From Octopus sinensis (lineage: Eukaryota): a stretch of 64,000 bases of DNA. Below, in pieces: positions 37,031 to 50,080 of the stretch (position 1 is the stretch's first letter; each line of letters begins with the position of its first letter). The stretch covers positions 9,672,001-9,736,000 of the forward strand of contig NC_043013.1 in assembly GCF_006345805.1 (NCBI RefSeq), in the 5' to 3' direction. Below the pieces are notes generated by a model. The model was not told where the DNA came from and ran no database searches. It saw nothing but the letters and a program-made list of their open reading frames with translations. The translations under genes were made by a program, and so were the position numbers.

Positions 37031-37590
37031 CAGTGGTTCTAATTCGGGGTCCATATGGCCCTTGGCGTTCCGTATGATTCTTTATTAAAATTGATCGGCA
37101 ATAAATTGGTTATACTTCTACAATACACACGATATTATAACATTTATTTAAATACAATTCCTAATAATATTTAATTATAGAAATAGCCTCAAGATCCAAC
37201 GCAGGGCTGTTAGCGATTTCCCTGCGTTGATTCTTCAGCCTACAGCGGACCATGGAATACGTGCCGGAGTATACGCCTGTGTGACTTTATGTATACGTTT
37301 TTTTATTTGGTCCATGCTTGTGAATGTATGCGTAACTGGAAGCATAAATCCATATCTACTTTAGTAAGTACGTGAGCCTCCGTACACACTACTAGTACAC
37401 AGGTACGCCATCCCCGACTCTACCTTGGTGCCTTTGTTATTTAAATACCTTGGTTCGATCGGATCCGGAAATTTTATAATTACAAAGATAGATGATATTT
37501 TTAAAACATAGAATTGCTAGGAAGGTTCATCTGAGTTAAATAGGAATCAAAGGGCCCATAAGTAAAAAAGGGACGAGAATGATTTATCTA
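37031..37590 (+). mobile_element. hAT-like MITE with GC-richer internal insert
   Basis: 5' CAGTGGTTCTAATTCGGGGTCC; right end homologous to 180-293. Confidence 0.5.
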
Positions 37591-37596
37591 CATTAT

Positions 37597-38000
37597 CGCA
37601 GGAGTGGCTATGTGGTAAGTAGCTTGCTTACCAACCACATGGTTCTGGGTCCATTCCTACTGCGTGGCACCTTGGGCAAGTGTCTTCTACTATAGCCTCG
37701 GGCCGACCAAAGCCTTGTCAGTGGATTTGGTAGACGGAAATTGAAAGAAGCCCGTCGTATATATGTATGTATATGTGTGTGTGTATGTATATGTTTGTGT
37801 GTCTGTGTTTGTCCCCGCAACATCGCTTGACAACCGATGCTGGTGTGTTTACGCCCACGTCACTTAGCGGTTCAGCAAAAAGAGACCGATAGAATAAGTA
37901 CTAGGCTTCCAACGATTAAATCATGGGGTCGATTTGCTCGACTAAAGGCGGTGCTCCAGCATGGCCGCAGTCAAATGACTGAAACAAATAAAAGAGTAAA
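37597..38000 (+). mobile_element. SINE family A, full length
   Basis: Same organisation as the 27408 copy. Confidence 0.9.
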
Positions 38001-38049
38001 TGCTTAATCAGACAAATCTATGATGAAGCCGTTCATCTTATCTCGTCAC

Positions 38050-38690
38050 TTTATCTAGAAGGAGTTAGTCTCTGTAGTGTGTTCTTTATTCAAAATATGG
38101 AAGAGCGTGATTTGCCAATTGGCAGCTTCATATTCAAGGTGATTTGCTTCCGATTTGTTGCTCCTTCTCGTTTTCGTTTTATCTTAGCTTGGATTAGACA
38201 CTGGCATTATTGAAGCTAACGAAAAGAAGGAGGAAAATCCATCCACTACAGTCGTATAATCGCTGAGCCAATCGACCTCTTTTTGCTGTTGATTCTGTAT
38301 CCTTTCGTCTGTTGGCTAAAAACAAATATAAACCGAGGCGCCAGTTCTTATAGAAATCTCTAATGTTTCTTCCTCAAGGGACAAACTCGATCCTAATATC
38401 TATCAGTCAGAACGACTCGTTGATGAATATCTACCTTTTTTTTTCTTCGTTTATTTCTTTATTTCTTTTAGCTGTGCGTGTAGTTGAAGCGATATCAACC
38501 GGACAGAATGAGATACGAGGATTATATAATTAGCCTGACTTATCACCGCGTCTCTAGCTATTTCGCTTTGAGTGTTGTAAATATTTCGCGAAATAAGCTT
38601 CCGCTCTAAGTTTTTCCATCGTGTACTTTTACGTTAACAGACAGAACACAAAACAGTCGCCATTTTAAATTCTCTCCAATTAGTTGTCTT
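38050..38690 (-). promoter_or_regulatory. Candidate CpG-enriched promoter / non-coding first exon
   Basis: Unique sequence with many CpG; YY1-type AAAATGGCGACT (38655-66, minus), AGCCAATC CCAAT box (38266-73), minus-strand donor AAG|GTAGAT at 38435/38434. Confidence 0.3.
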
Positions 38691-39059
38691 CTTTCTACTC
38701 TATGTGATTCATCTCTACTATATATATATAACAGTTATCTATCATATTCATTCCTTGTCTTTTCTTTTTTCTCATTTCATTCTTTCATTTCTTTCTCTTT
38801 CTTTCTTTGTTTAATTCATTCACTCATTAATTTACTTCAAGCCTTCTTAATTCATTTACATTTGTTTTCATTTTTCACTGGTTTCGTTTTCCTTTCTCTC
38901 ACATATTTTTTTACTCTTGTCTTTTATTTATTTTTCTTTCATCATGGTCTTTTATTTCTTTTGTTGTTTTCCTGTTTTCCTTTTATTCATCAATTCTTCC
39001 ATTTATTCGTGTATATCTCTATATACTTTTTAATTATTAATTTCTTCTAAAATTTATCT

Positions 39060-39240
39060 CCTTACGTTATTTACAATATTTACATTTGACGGATATTTGT
39101 CCTCATATTGTTTGTTCTTAACACAACGTTTCGGCTGATACACCCTCCAGCCTTCATCAGGTGTCTTGGGAATTTTTGAACCTGCGTTCTCATTCCTAAG
39201 GTATTTTTCGATGTTGTTGTTGTTGTTATTATTATTATTG
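39060..39240 (-). mobile_element. Family H1 element without tRNA head
   Basis: Homologous to 32009-32185. Confidence 0.8.
39120..39165 (-). ncRNA. Minimal hammerhead-ribozyme-like motif (H1), best-preserved copy
   Basis: GACAC-CUGAUGA-A-GGCUG(10-nt loop)CAGCC-GAAA-CGUU-GUGUU: 5-bp helix I, perfect 5-bp helix II, GUU triplet. Confidence 0.6.
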
Positions 39241-39379
39241 TCTCTCATTCCTTTCTATCTCTCTCAAATACACACTCTCTATGTATGTATGTATGTATGT
39301 ATGTATGTATGTATGTATGTATGTATGTATGTATACATGTATGTATGTATGTATGTATGTATGTATGTATATATATATA

Positions 39380-39419
<40 letters not shown>

Positions 39420-39430
<11 letters not shown>

Positions 39431-39640
39431 TTGTGTGTCTGTGTTTGTCCCTCCAACATCGCTTGACAACCGATGCTGGTGTGTTTATATCCCCGTAACT
39501 TAGCGGTTCGGCAAAAGAGACCGATAGAATGAGTACTAGGCTTCCAAACAATAAGTCTTGGGGTCTATTTTCTCGACTAAAGGCGGTGCTCCAGCATGGC
39601 CGCAGTCAAATGACTGAAACAAGTATAAAAGAGATAAAAG
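39420..39640 (+). mobile_element. SINE family A, 3' half
   Basis: Body and tail match the 27408 copy. Confidence 0.85.
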
Positions 39641-40588
39641 AGAGAATAGAACATACATACTTATGAAATAAACACTCAATAAACACGTGTAAGGTAACGT
39701 ACACACTTCTCTACTAAAGCAACATGTACACTCATTACACAGATGTAAATTTATCTATTTGCACACTAATGCATACGGAAATACGCACACAATACAGTTA
39801 AACACAATACCCTATCAAATAAATGAAAGGGACTTAACTTCGCTACTGTGTTAAGTGCACGACTTGAATACTGTGAAGAGAGATAGTTGAATAAATCTCA
39901 GAGAAAACACATTGCGATTTAAAGTTTAAAATGAAGAGCAAACAACAAATATGTAGAACTTCATGTGTAATCCCGTATATCTGAATGAAAACACTGAGGA
40001 TGGCTCGACTTATAGCTCGAGTATCATTTGGTTGAAATCTACTGCTAAGTAACTCAGAGAATACACGTAGAAAAGAAAACAAAGCAAGATGGCTTGTTTA
40101 TAAAATAACTTGTTATATCACCCTACGCGTATTTCTTTAACAAAGGATGATGTTCGATTATGTAAATTATATGATACAATTGCATAATCAAATCTTCAGA
40201 GATGCATAAATTTTGTTCTGAATTTTACAGGAATATTGACAGTGGTATCTACATTGGTTCCACAGCAAGTGTGTTAAATTAGGTGAAGAAGATAGTTATA
40301 TATCTACTCTGCTCAGAGACGCTTTCGCAGCACAGAATTTCCTTTCTATGTTTTTAACTACGTGGCCTGCAGTAACTAATAACAAATATATAAGTTCATA
40401 CTGTAACCATATCTAATGCAAAATTTTGTAAAGCTTTGCCATTCAATATATGCAAATCAATAAAAATTAGTGTCAGAATGGAAAACTTCTCTGACGTAAA
40501 GATAGCGGTGCTGCACACTGAAGCCAATAATTGACAGTAAAATAAATGAGTATTTTTGATATGTATGTGTAAAAACCTATATGAATTG

Positions 40589-40621
<33 letters not shown>

Positions 40622-41237
40622 AATATATATATATATACACGTATGTCAGTATCCTATATGAATGGGTAAATATATATGTATGTGTTGCAATATGTGTGTG
40701 TATGTGTTGCAATATGTGTGTGTATGTGTTTGTGGGTGTTCGTATGTATGATTGTGGATGCATGCAGAGAATATCTCAGTCAAACTATACTTTAAATTAT
40801 AAAAGAAAACCCATTAAACGTGAGGTCAACTGTTAGTGTCAGTAGCACACCATTTGACGCAAATGATCGCTTACATCATAGACAAAAAGAAAAATCTCTT
40901 ACTCTTTGAGATTCATTGCTTTTTTTTTTATTATTTTAGTGTATAATGTGTTATATACATATTATCTAACGAGGTATTTCTTATTATTTTATAGGGAACT
41001 AACTGTTTGCAGGAGGCCCGTTTGTCCACCACAATTCACGGCGTAGTATCCTATTGATATTTGATATATCAGCCGAAATATTTGAAGGTAGGACATTTAA
41101 TTTGGTTTGCATAGTTTTTTTTTGTCTTTGTGTCTTTTTACACACACACACACCTATATATATATATATATATATATACATATATAAATAAACATATACA
41201 TTCTATACGCATATATATATTATATGCATATCTATAT

Positions 41238-41291
<54 letters not shown>

Positions 41292-41306
41292 AACACACAC
41301 AAACAC

Positions 41307-41339
<33 letters not shown>

Positions 41340-41779
41340 CGAGCAAAACGCCCACCGCCAAATGGACGGTGCTGAGTTGTCAAACATTTAAACCAAATTT
41401 TCTCAAAACAACTTGCCTCCTCTTTGAGAAACACTGATTTAACCTAAATTTGAGACACCAGCAAAGAAAAAAGATTTTATTCCCATAAATATGCAAAGTA
41501 CCAGTAATGATAAGGCTGTTGACTGGGAGAACACAAACATGGTAAATCATTTATTAGCAAGAAAATAGTATGTTCTTCCTTGCATAAAAAGCAATCAGTG
41601 TTTCCTTTTCATTAAAAAATAATTAAGCATGCCTTTATTTCAATAAAAGTTTTGGTTTTGTTAAACGAAATTAAGGCAAAAGAAAGTTCTTGAGAAACCA
41701 AATAGTCTTTCCTTCTTTCATGACAAATTTGAAGAAAATATCTCTTTTGGTCTCTTTGATCTCTTAAATATACTGCATT

Positions 41780-42074
41780 TTGTGGCATTATTTCAAGCCA
41801 GCGGGCTTTTTTTGCGCAAACTGCACGGGCATTTTTCTCGCGCACGTGTAGTATCGATCGCTACAGCTGATATACTTCCGCGTACAAATGCACGTTCCCA
41901 TGGCTTTATCGATCGCATTCTCATCTGGAATCGATTTTTGTAATTTTTTCAAGACTTATACACGCCCTGATACCGTCGGTATCTATATGTCAAATTTGAG
42001 CGCAATCAGATGGAGGATGTCCGAGATCCTAGAAGACACACGCGCAGACAGACAGATAATAGACATATATATAT

Positions 42075-42075
<1 letters not shown>
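41780..42075 (-). mobile_element. Probable Helitron-like 5' portion
   Basis: Minus strand (TA)n-TCTGTCTGTCTG...CTGATTGCGCTCAAATTTGACAT resembles Helitron 5' regions; no CTAG end found. Confidence 0.35.
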
Positions 42076-42108
<33 letters not shown>

Positions 42109-43392
42109 GCAAGCACACACATACTGTGAATGCAGTCCGTTCTAGTTACCTGTTCATTTACTAGATTCGTATATGAGTAATTGAAATACACAGGAAAGGG
42201 GTAATCTCACTGCAAGCCACACTCAGACTCCTCATAAAGGCGCGAAATGATGTTTGATTTGCCAAGCCATCAATAGAAATACAGAAATATATACGTATAG
42301 GTGCATTCATGAGTGTGTGTATATATGTGTGTTTGTACGTATGCGCCTTTCTCTTCCATGCTTATATTCTTAGCAACAAGTACGAGATGAAAATATTATT
42401 TTCTAGATAAAATATAAAAATTTACAAGCTACACGAAATGCGTATATAGACGTTAACGAAATGATTCTACAAGCTCTATTAACCATGTATATGCGTGCGG
42501 ACTCTGCTCGGAGTTCCTTGCTCAAATTTCAGCTCGTTATGCGAGTTTAATTTTCTTCGGAAAAACCGTTCATTATTCAGTTTCTCCGTCTAGAGTACCA
42601 TTCGTATGTCTCCTTTACAATGTAAACATGAATTCTTGCATATACAATTTACAGTTCCGTTGAGATAAGATCGACAAAAGAAATTACTCCATCTAGTGAA
42701 AGATAAATATCATTTACTGTATAATATACTAAAATAAGACCTACTATTAGTTGGTGGTGGTTAAGACACGTGGTTAGGTAGGTTTTATAACGCGCTTTGT
42801 GTATCCGTGCTCAGATGCTGGAGATTGCTTTGGGATACAAGGCATATTATAAAGAACTTATCTGAGAGTAAACTATCAGTAGCTCATATTCTAATGCAGT
42901 GTACACTAAATGAGACATGCGCGCGCACACACGCTCACGCGTACTCATGTGCTTACGTACGCGTGTGTACGCGTGTTTGTGCTGGTGCGCGCGTTTGTGT
43001 GTGTGAATGTGTATGTGAATACTTCATTTTACTTTCAATTTTAATGAAATGTGTTACAGGGATCCGGAGATAGCAGCATCAGTCTTTTCTAGTTACAACG
43101 CAGTGCCTACGAAGCAGTCACTATCAGACCTTTGATGAAAGGGTTCGGGATCCAAGGATTGATTGAATGAGATAATCGTTCTTTGTTTAGCGTACACACA
43201 CAGGCACAGGCCACGCACTCACAAATATCTTTATATTATGAGATCATATATCATTATCATGCCAAACATCTAAATTTTATTGCATTTGATCCTTATAAGT
43301 ATCCTTGTATCTCTTTTAATACAAACGTTACCAACATATTCGTTTTTGATAGAAAACATTTCACTGAGCTATTAGATGTTATATTCTTTTCT

Positions 43393-43592
43393 ACTCTAGG
43401 CACAAGGCCCGAAATTTTTGGGGAGGGGTTCCTGTCGATTAGACCGACTCCAGTACGCAACTGGTACGTAATTTATCCACCCTGAAAAGATGAAAGGCAA
43501 AGTCGACCTCGACGGAATTTGAACTCAAATCGTAAAGACAGACGAAATACCGCTAAGCATTTCGCCCGGCGTGCTAACATTTCTGCTAGCTT
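43393..43592 (-). mobile_element. SINE family B
   Basis: GGATGAAAGGCAAAGTCGACCTCG...GAATTTGAACTC body. Confidence 0.8.
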
Positions 43593-43593
43593 G

Positions 43594-43860
43594 TGTGGTA
43601 AATGATATTTAACTCGATGGAAAATTATATTCTACTAAATGATACATGTTTTACAGCATGTCGAAGGAAATTCTACTGCATGTTTGATGATATTTTACTA
43701 CATAGTAGATGAAATTTTGCTGTATGGTAGAAGAAATCTTGGTCTATGATAAATATTTTTGCAGTTTTATAGATATATTTTATTGTATGGTAGACGATAT
43801 TTTGTTCTGGAGTAGATGATATATTGCTGCATGGTAAATTAGATTTTACTACATATTTTA
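43594..43860 (+). repeat. Degenerate ~22-bp minisatellite (consensus approx. ATGGTAGATGATATTTTGCTGC)
   Basis: About 12 in-phase units visible by eye. Confidence 0.7.
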
Positions 43861-44413
43861 GCAGATATCTCAATAAATATTAGTTGATATTTCGTGGTAT
43901 ATCTCTGGTAGATTACCTTTTTAGTTGTTTTGCATACATTTCTCCTGTACGTTACTTTGATACGTTATGTAATCTATTCCATAGCATATTATAATTTATA
44001 TCATGATCGAATATATTTTTTATTCCGTGGTAGAAAATAAAGAAAATAAATTACTGTAAGGTAGGCGTTCCATTATCACATAAGAAACACGTGTGTCTCA
44101 ATCACTGACACCAAAAGCTTTCTGTTCTTTACTTCAGAATCCGGATTTTGTTTTCAAATTAACATGATTATCACAGCATCACGGAATAATACCAAAAGCG
44201 ATGGTGATTTTGGAGACCATATTTGTCTCATATTGCTTACCCATTCTAAATTCCTTTGATATATCTTGTGACATTGTATATTTTGTTATTGATGACATAC
44301 AACCTATATATCTTATGCTATTTCAGTATCGGTTTATAATATATATTATTGGGTTTTGTTTCGTGTACTATTGAACCCATGATTACGTTACTACCATATG
44401 ATATTAATATATT

Positions 44414-44454
<41 letters not shown>

Positions 44455-44811
44455 TATATATATACATACATATACAGATATACATCATTGGACTCCAGCC
44501 ATCCTGGGGCATCATCTTTAAGAGTGAAGTCAATCAAATCGCCCCCTGTACTTATTATTTTTTGCCAAACCTCTAAGTTACGTGGACACAAACAAATCCA
44601 CAACGGCTGTGTAGTGGTGATTGCTTATTTAGAATGACATGCGCTTATATACCTGCATTTATATGCATGTGTTTCCGTCTACCAAATTTACAAGGCATTC
44701 GTTCTCGGTTGTATAGAAGACCTTTGCCCAATGACTTTTTCATTTTCCCGAGCGTCAGACTATTACACTAGCTTGTCGTTCATACACCGTCTTGTCTTTT
44801 GCGTCTATTTT

Positions 44812-44871
<60 letters not shown>

Positions 44872-45007
44872 GCAGTGCTCTTGGTTTTCGAGATAATGCA
44901 AAATCGATGGGGATTCTCGATGGCCTCTGATTAGTACTACCGTATTTGAAGGATTTTGTATTCAATTTTCTTGTAAATGGTTATTCCTTATTATTTTCGT
45001 ATCTATA

Positions 45008-45079
<72 letters not shown>

Positions 45080-45104
45080 GTCTATCAATCTATCTATCTA
45101 TCTA

Positions 45105-45178
<74 letters not shown>

Positions 45179-45757
45179 AATATCCTCTGCCCTTTGTTTT
45201 TGTATAGTCCTAAATATTGGATACAAGGGTTGAAGACCCTTGTAATCAAAGGAGAAAATATTTTAATGAGCGAAGCTTTCACAGCATTGATTCATTATAT
45301 TAAAGATTAGATTTATGTCCTCCACAGTTAATCTTATTGAAAACGTAACAGGCAAAATGGATTCATTTATTATTTCACATTTCAATTATTTCTCCAATGT
45401 TGCTCCAGAGTGAAGCTTATTTTAAATCGCGAACACATATCGCTAAACAGGAATAAAATCATAAATGATTTATCGCATAGAGTTTCTTTTTCTCCGGTTT
45501 CTGAGAATACGTGGAGTTACAAAATAAGTTTTATTTTTATATTTTTAGCTATCTAGGTATCGATAACATAAGTACTAATAACATACACTAATCGAATTAA
45601 TCTACAATATTAGCTTTCCCTTAATGAAAAAAATTGTAAAATTTATTCCAGTCAGCAAAAGACTTCCAAATCTATTGAAATAGAAGCAGAATATCAGAGT
45701 GGAACACATATTGGTTGTGGTTGTTGCGATAGATGAAAAAAAATCTATCACTAGAGA

Positions 45758-45761
<4 letters not shown>

Positions 45762-45791
<30 letters not shown>

Positions 45792-45833
45792 TTAGTATTA
45801 TTATTAGTAGTAGTAGTTAGTAGTAGTAGGAGT

Positions 45834-45865
<32 letters not shown>

Positions 45866-45945
45866 ATAGTAGTAGTAGTAGTAGTTAGTAGTAATAGTAG
45901 TAGTAGTAGTTAGTAGTAGTAGTAGTAGTAGTTATTGTTGTAGTA
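45762..45945. repeat. (TAT)n/(TAG)n array, likely LINE tail/target
   Basis: Direct inspection. Confidence 0.9.
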
Positions 45946-45949
45946 GTAT

Positions 45950-46475
45950 CTAACACTGGACATGTGCTACAGTGTCAGCTGTTCACTACTAGTGAACTGA
46001 GGTAACACCCGTTATTTTTCGAGTACCATCCAGAGTATTCGAGCGGCTCCAAGCAGAGCTGTTTTCTGCAAGCGCTCCACCCTTATTGCAGCCCTTATTT
46101 TCCCATATACTTCTCAAGAATTTTACTCACTATTCCCAGGACTCCGACATTTATCCGTACTACTGCCACCTTTTTCAGCGACTACAACTGCTTAATCTCT
46201 CAAGCTAACCTGTCATATCTCTCGAATTTTCTTTCTTCTTTATCGCATACCTTGTTGTGAGCTGGGCATGTTATATCTATCATCCAGCATCGTTTGCTTT
46301 CTTTCTCAATTAACACTATGTCTGGCTGCTTATTCTCTATCTCTTGATCGCACTGAATCCTAAAATCCCATAGGATCTTTGCATAATCAATTTCGATGAT
46401 GCATTCGGGTTTATGTTCGTACTAATTTTTGGCTGACAAATCCATATTTCTTGCAAAGTGTCCAAAGGACAATCC
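45950..46475 (-). mobile_element. R4/Dong-like non-LTR retrotransposon 3' fragment (restriction-like endonuclease)
   Basis: WTLCKKYG..YEHKPE..KILWDFRIQCDQEIENKQPDIVLIEK..WMIDITCP..KEERK..RYDRL..VGVLG..LQKTALLGAARIL..VLEK*; stop at 46012-14. Confidence 0.88.
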
Positions 46476-46502
46476 TTTTATTATTATTATTATTATTATT
46501 AA

Positions 46503-46551
<49 letters not shown>

Positions 46552-46554
46552 TTT

Positions 46555-46766
46555 CAGTAGTAGTTGCTTTCACTTCACTACCGAGCGCATCTCTGGTGCC
46601 TTGGGTATGTGCTGTGATTTGTTGTGATGTTCTGATGGTTTCTGTATTGAAAGTGTTTTGCGTAGGATGTGTGCAGTGCCCAGTAGTGCAATTTTCTGTA
46701 TGTTATATGTGTTTGTAAGTCCTGGTGTTTTTGTTATGTATTTGTCTGAATATTTTTTTTTATCAT
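46555..46766 (-). mobile_element. Second R4/Dong-like 3' fragment (different subfamily)
   Basis: KYSDKYITKTPGLTNTYNIQKIALLGTAHILRKTLSI. Confidence 0.8.
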
Positions 46767-46890
46767 GAGGGCGGCGAGCTGGAAGAATCGTTACCGCGTT
46801 GGACAAAATGCTTAGCAGTCTTTTGTCTATTTTATCTTCTGAGTTCAAATGCCACCAGCAACGACAATACGTTACATTCTCTTGGGGTCG
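46767..46890 (+). mobile_element. SINE family B, truncated
   Basis: AGGGCGGCGAGCTGGAAGAATCGTTA head. Confidence 0.7.
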
Positions 46891-47011
46891 ATAAGCCCTG
46901 ATGACTAGGGCTAATGCAATCACCGTATATCCTATTTCAAAATTACTAGCAGTGAGCCAAAATTTGAAAGCATTTTCATTATCATTATCATCATCATCAT
47001 ATCATCATCAC

Positions 47012-47090
<79 letters not shown>

Positions 47091-47215
47091 GGTTTTTTTC
47101 CTTCTTTCTTCAAATTTTCTGTCATTTCTCGCCGAGTGTTTTCCGTACGCCTAAGGCAGAGACGATCTTTGTATGCATCTAGATTATTATTGTTATTATT
47201 ATCACTATTATTATT

Positions 47216-47246
<31 letters not shown>

Positions 47247-47337
47247 ATTATTATTATTCTTTCTTAATTTTCTGTATTGATTTTTTATCGATTTATATTC
47301 TCAGATATTATTATTATTATTATTATCATTATTATTA

Positions 47338-47369
<32 letters not shown>

Positions 47370-47470
47370 ATTCATTCTATTATATTATTTATTATTATTA
47401 TTATTATTATCATTATATATCATTATTATTATTATTATTATTTATCATTATTATTATTATTATTATATTA

Positions 47471-47511
<41 letters not shown>

Positions 47512-47615
47512 TATTATTATGGTTTTTTTCCCTTCTTTCTTCAAATTTTCTATCATTTCTCGCCGAGTGTTTCCCGTACGCCTAAGGCAGAGAAGATTTT
47601 TGTATGCATTCTAGG

Positions 47616-47620
<5 letters not shown>
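47091..47620 (-). repeat. Two ~95-bp direct copies (47091-47185, 47521-47615) within (TAT)n; probable LINE 3' UTR stubs
   Basis: GGTTTTTTTC(C)CTTCTTTCTTCAAATTTTCT..CATTTCTCGCCGAGTGTT..CCGTACGCCTAAGGCAGAGA repeated. Confidence 0.75.
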
Positions 47621-47647
<27 letters not shown>

Positions 47648-47845
47648 CATTTATTATCATTATTAGTTTTCAGTTTCATAGATCCTCTTACTTTTTTTTT
47701 CTTTTGGCTCATCCTTATCGTGATAGCGGACAAGGTTTATTTCACAGATAATTTCATTTATACATTATTTTCTAACATTATGGTAATCTACAAAATAATT
47801 TAAGAGCTTAAACACGTTCTTATCTGGGATTTCAAAACATACCTG

Positions 47846-47880
<35 letters not shown>

Positions 47881-48317
47881 ACGCACACACACACACACAC
47901 ACACACTCACACTCTCACACACATACACAAGTATGTGTAAGCATCTACATATATTTATATGAATGTATATACTATATATATATATATATATACAGTGAAA
48001 GAGAAAAGAAAGAGAGAGAGGATGAAGAGAGAAGGCAGGAGATGATATAAAACTGGAAATTTCATCATTAAATATTAGCTGAACTTGTGGTGTGCTACAA
48101 GTTTGATTTTCAGGTGTTTTATATATATATATATAAGTTACATAGGCTTTATTATTTTCGATATATTTCAGAGTTTTTGTTATTGTATTCCATAGTTACA
48201 CAAAATATCTCTGAGTTATTGGGAGAAGGACTTGATTATACATTAGATTCTATATTGCGTTGATTATTCATTCGGTGCTTCTATTATTATTATTATTATT
48301 ATTTATTATTATTATTA

Positions 48318-48354
<37 letters not shown>

Positions 48355-48447
48355 TATTATTGTTATTATTATTATTGTTGTTGTTATTGTTGTTGTTGTT
48401 GTTTTTGTTGTTGTTGTTGTTATTGCTGTTGTTGTTGTTGTTGTTAC

Positions 48448-48484
<37 letters not shown>

Positions 48485-48514
48485 GTTATTATTATTATTA
48501 TTATTATTATCATA

Positions 48515-48567
<53 letters not shown>

Positions 48568-48569
48568 GT

Positions 48570-49120
48570 TATTGAGTGAGAGAGCTGTTCATGCAATCAA
48601 AGTGACACTATGCTAAAATATACGAAGCCCAGTATACCCATCATGACTACCCGTGCGATAAGGGTAAACTAGGCACATGCCTCACAACTATATGTGCACC
48701 ACATGGTGATCTCATTTCAAGATAAACAACCCTTGACCTTGCTGGTAGAGGCCAGTTAGAATTTTCTCGAGGTTTAATAGTCCATTCCACTCAAAATTTT
48801 CCTGAAGAATGGTTGTTTAAGGATGTTGAATGAAACACGTTGCAGTTGTGAATTATCCAAACCCCAAACAATTCCTCTCAACACATGGCTATGATGCCCC
48901 CCCACTACTTCTGCTCGTGATCAGAGATGCACATATTGCCAGCTACTAAGGGATATGCTCAACTTGTTAAGGCAAACAACTGACAAGCAAATCTTTGGTA
49001 CTGAGCAAAATATTTGCTGTAGTCCATCTTTTATACCAAGACAAAACAATGTACATGATAACACTTCCAACCAGTTAAGATCAGAGGCCATGAGAGCCAC
49101 TGTCTAGTACTGCATGAGAG
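48570..49120. mobile_element. Unclassified ~550-bp interspersed-repeat-like insert flanked by (TAT)n
   Basis: Complex sequence embedded in (TAT)n on both sides; no ORF. Repeat status inferred, single copy in window. Confidence 0.4.
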
Positions 49121-49258
49121 TTTATTATTATGATTATTGTTCTTGTTGTTATTATTATCATTTTATCATTATTATTTTTTTAATTATTATACAATTCTGC
49201 TGGGGGATCGATTAAATAAGTACCAGTCATGCACTGTGTTGATGTAATCGACTTAATA

Positions 49259-49303
<45 letters not shown>

Positions 49304-49407
49304 CTGTGTTCCCATGTAGTTTCAAAAGTTGAAATTTCATTCTGCTATATTAGCGTATATGCATAGGTATCTAATTGCACATATATGCATGTATAAATAC
49401 TTACACA

Positions 49408-49450
<43 letters not shown>

Positions 49451-49611
49451 CACACACACACACAAACACACACACACACAGATACACACATATACGAGTG
49501 AGTGGAAAAACGAAAGCGATTTCTCTGAGAAGCCTGCGGAAGCTAGATCAAGGTATTCTAAATAATAATAATTATGATGATGATGATAAAATATATTATA
49601 TATATAATATA

Positions 49612-49677
<66 letters not shown>

Positions 49678-50029
49678 CGTGCGTGTTTGTATTTGGAGAG
49701 CGACAGAATAACATATTTTGTTTCTTTTTGTTTTTCATTAATGTTACAGTACAGCAAGATGTACACTTTCCATTCTTAGCTTCTCAGCGTGTTGTTTGTC
49801 AGTTAGTGTAAATCCAGTTCTTTCTACTTTGGACATGTTTCCTCATTCCGTTGGATTAAATGCACAATATACATGTAACATCATTTCCTCCATGATCATC
49901 AAGCTACATTGATTTTAGGCATTATCTGTTATACTACATAAATACACTTTAGTAAAGAAAAATCTTCACACACACATACACACACACACACACTCACACA
50001 CACACTTACATATATATAACATAAATATG

Positions 50030-50080
<51 letters not shown>

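Noticed and set aside
41060-41085. Additional H1 hammerhead (TATATCAGCCGAAATA)
   Set aside because: Only the 3' half of stem II and GAAA remain; no CUGANGA box.
43058-43170. Exon or C/D snoRNA (TGATGA near 43135)
   Set aside because: All three frames stop before any donor, and no D box (CTGA) lies at a suitable distance.
44238-44304. Minus-strand exon CMSSITKYTMSQDISKEFRM with GTAAGC donor
   Set aside because: The acceptor lacks a pyrimidine tract and no homology was recognised.
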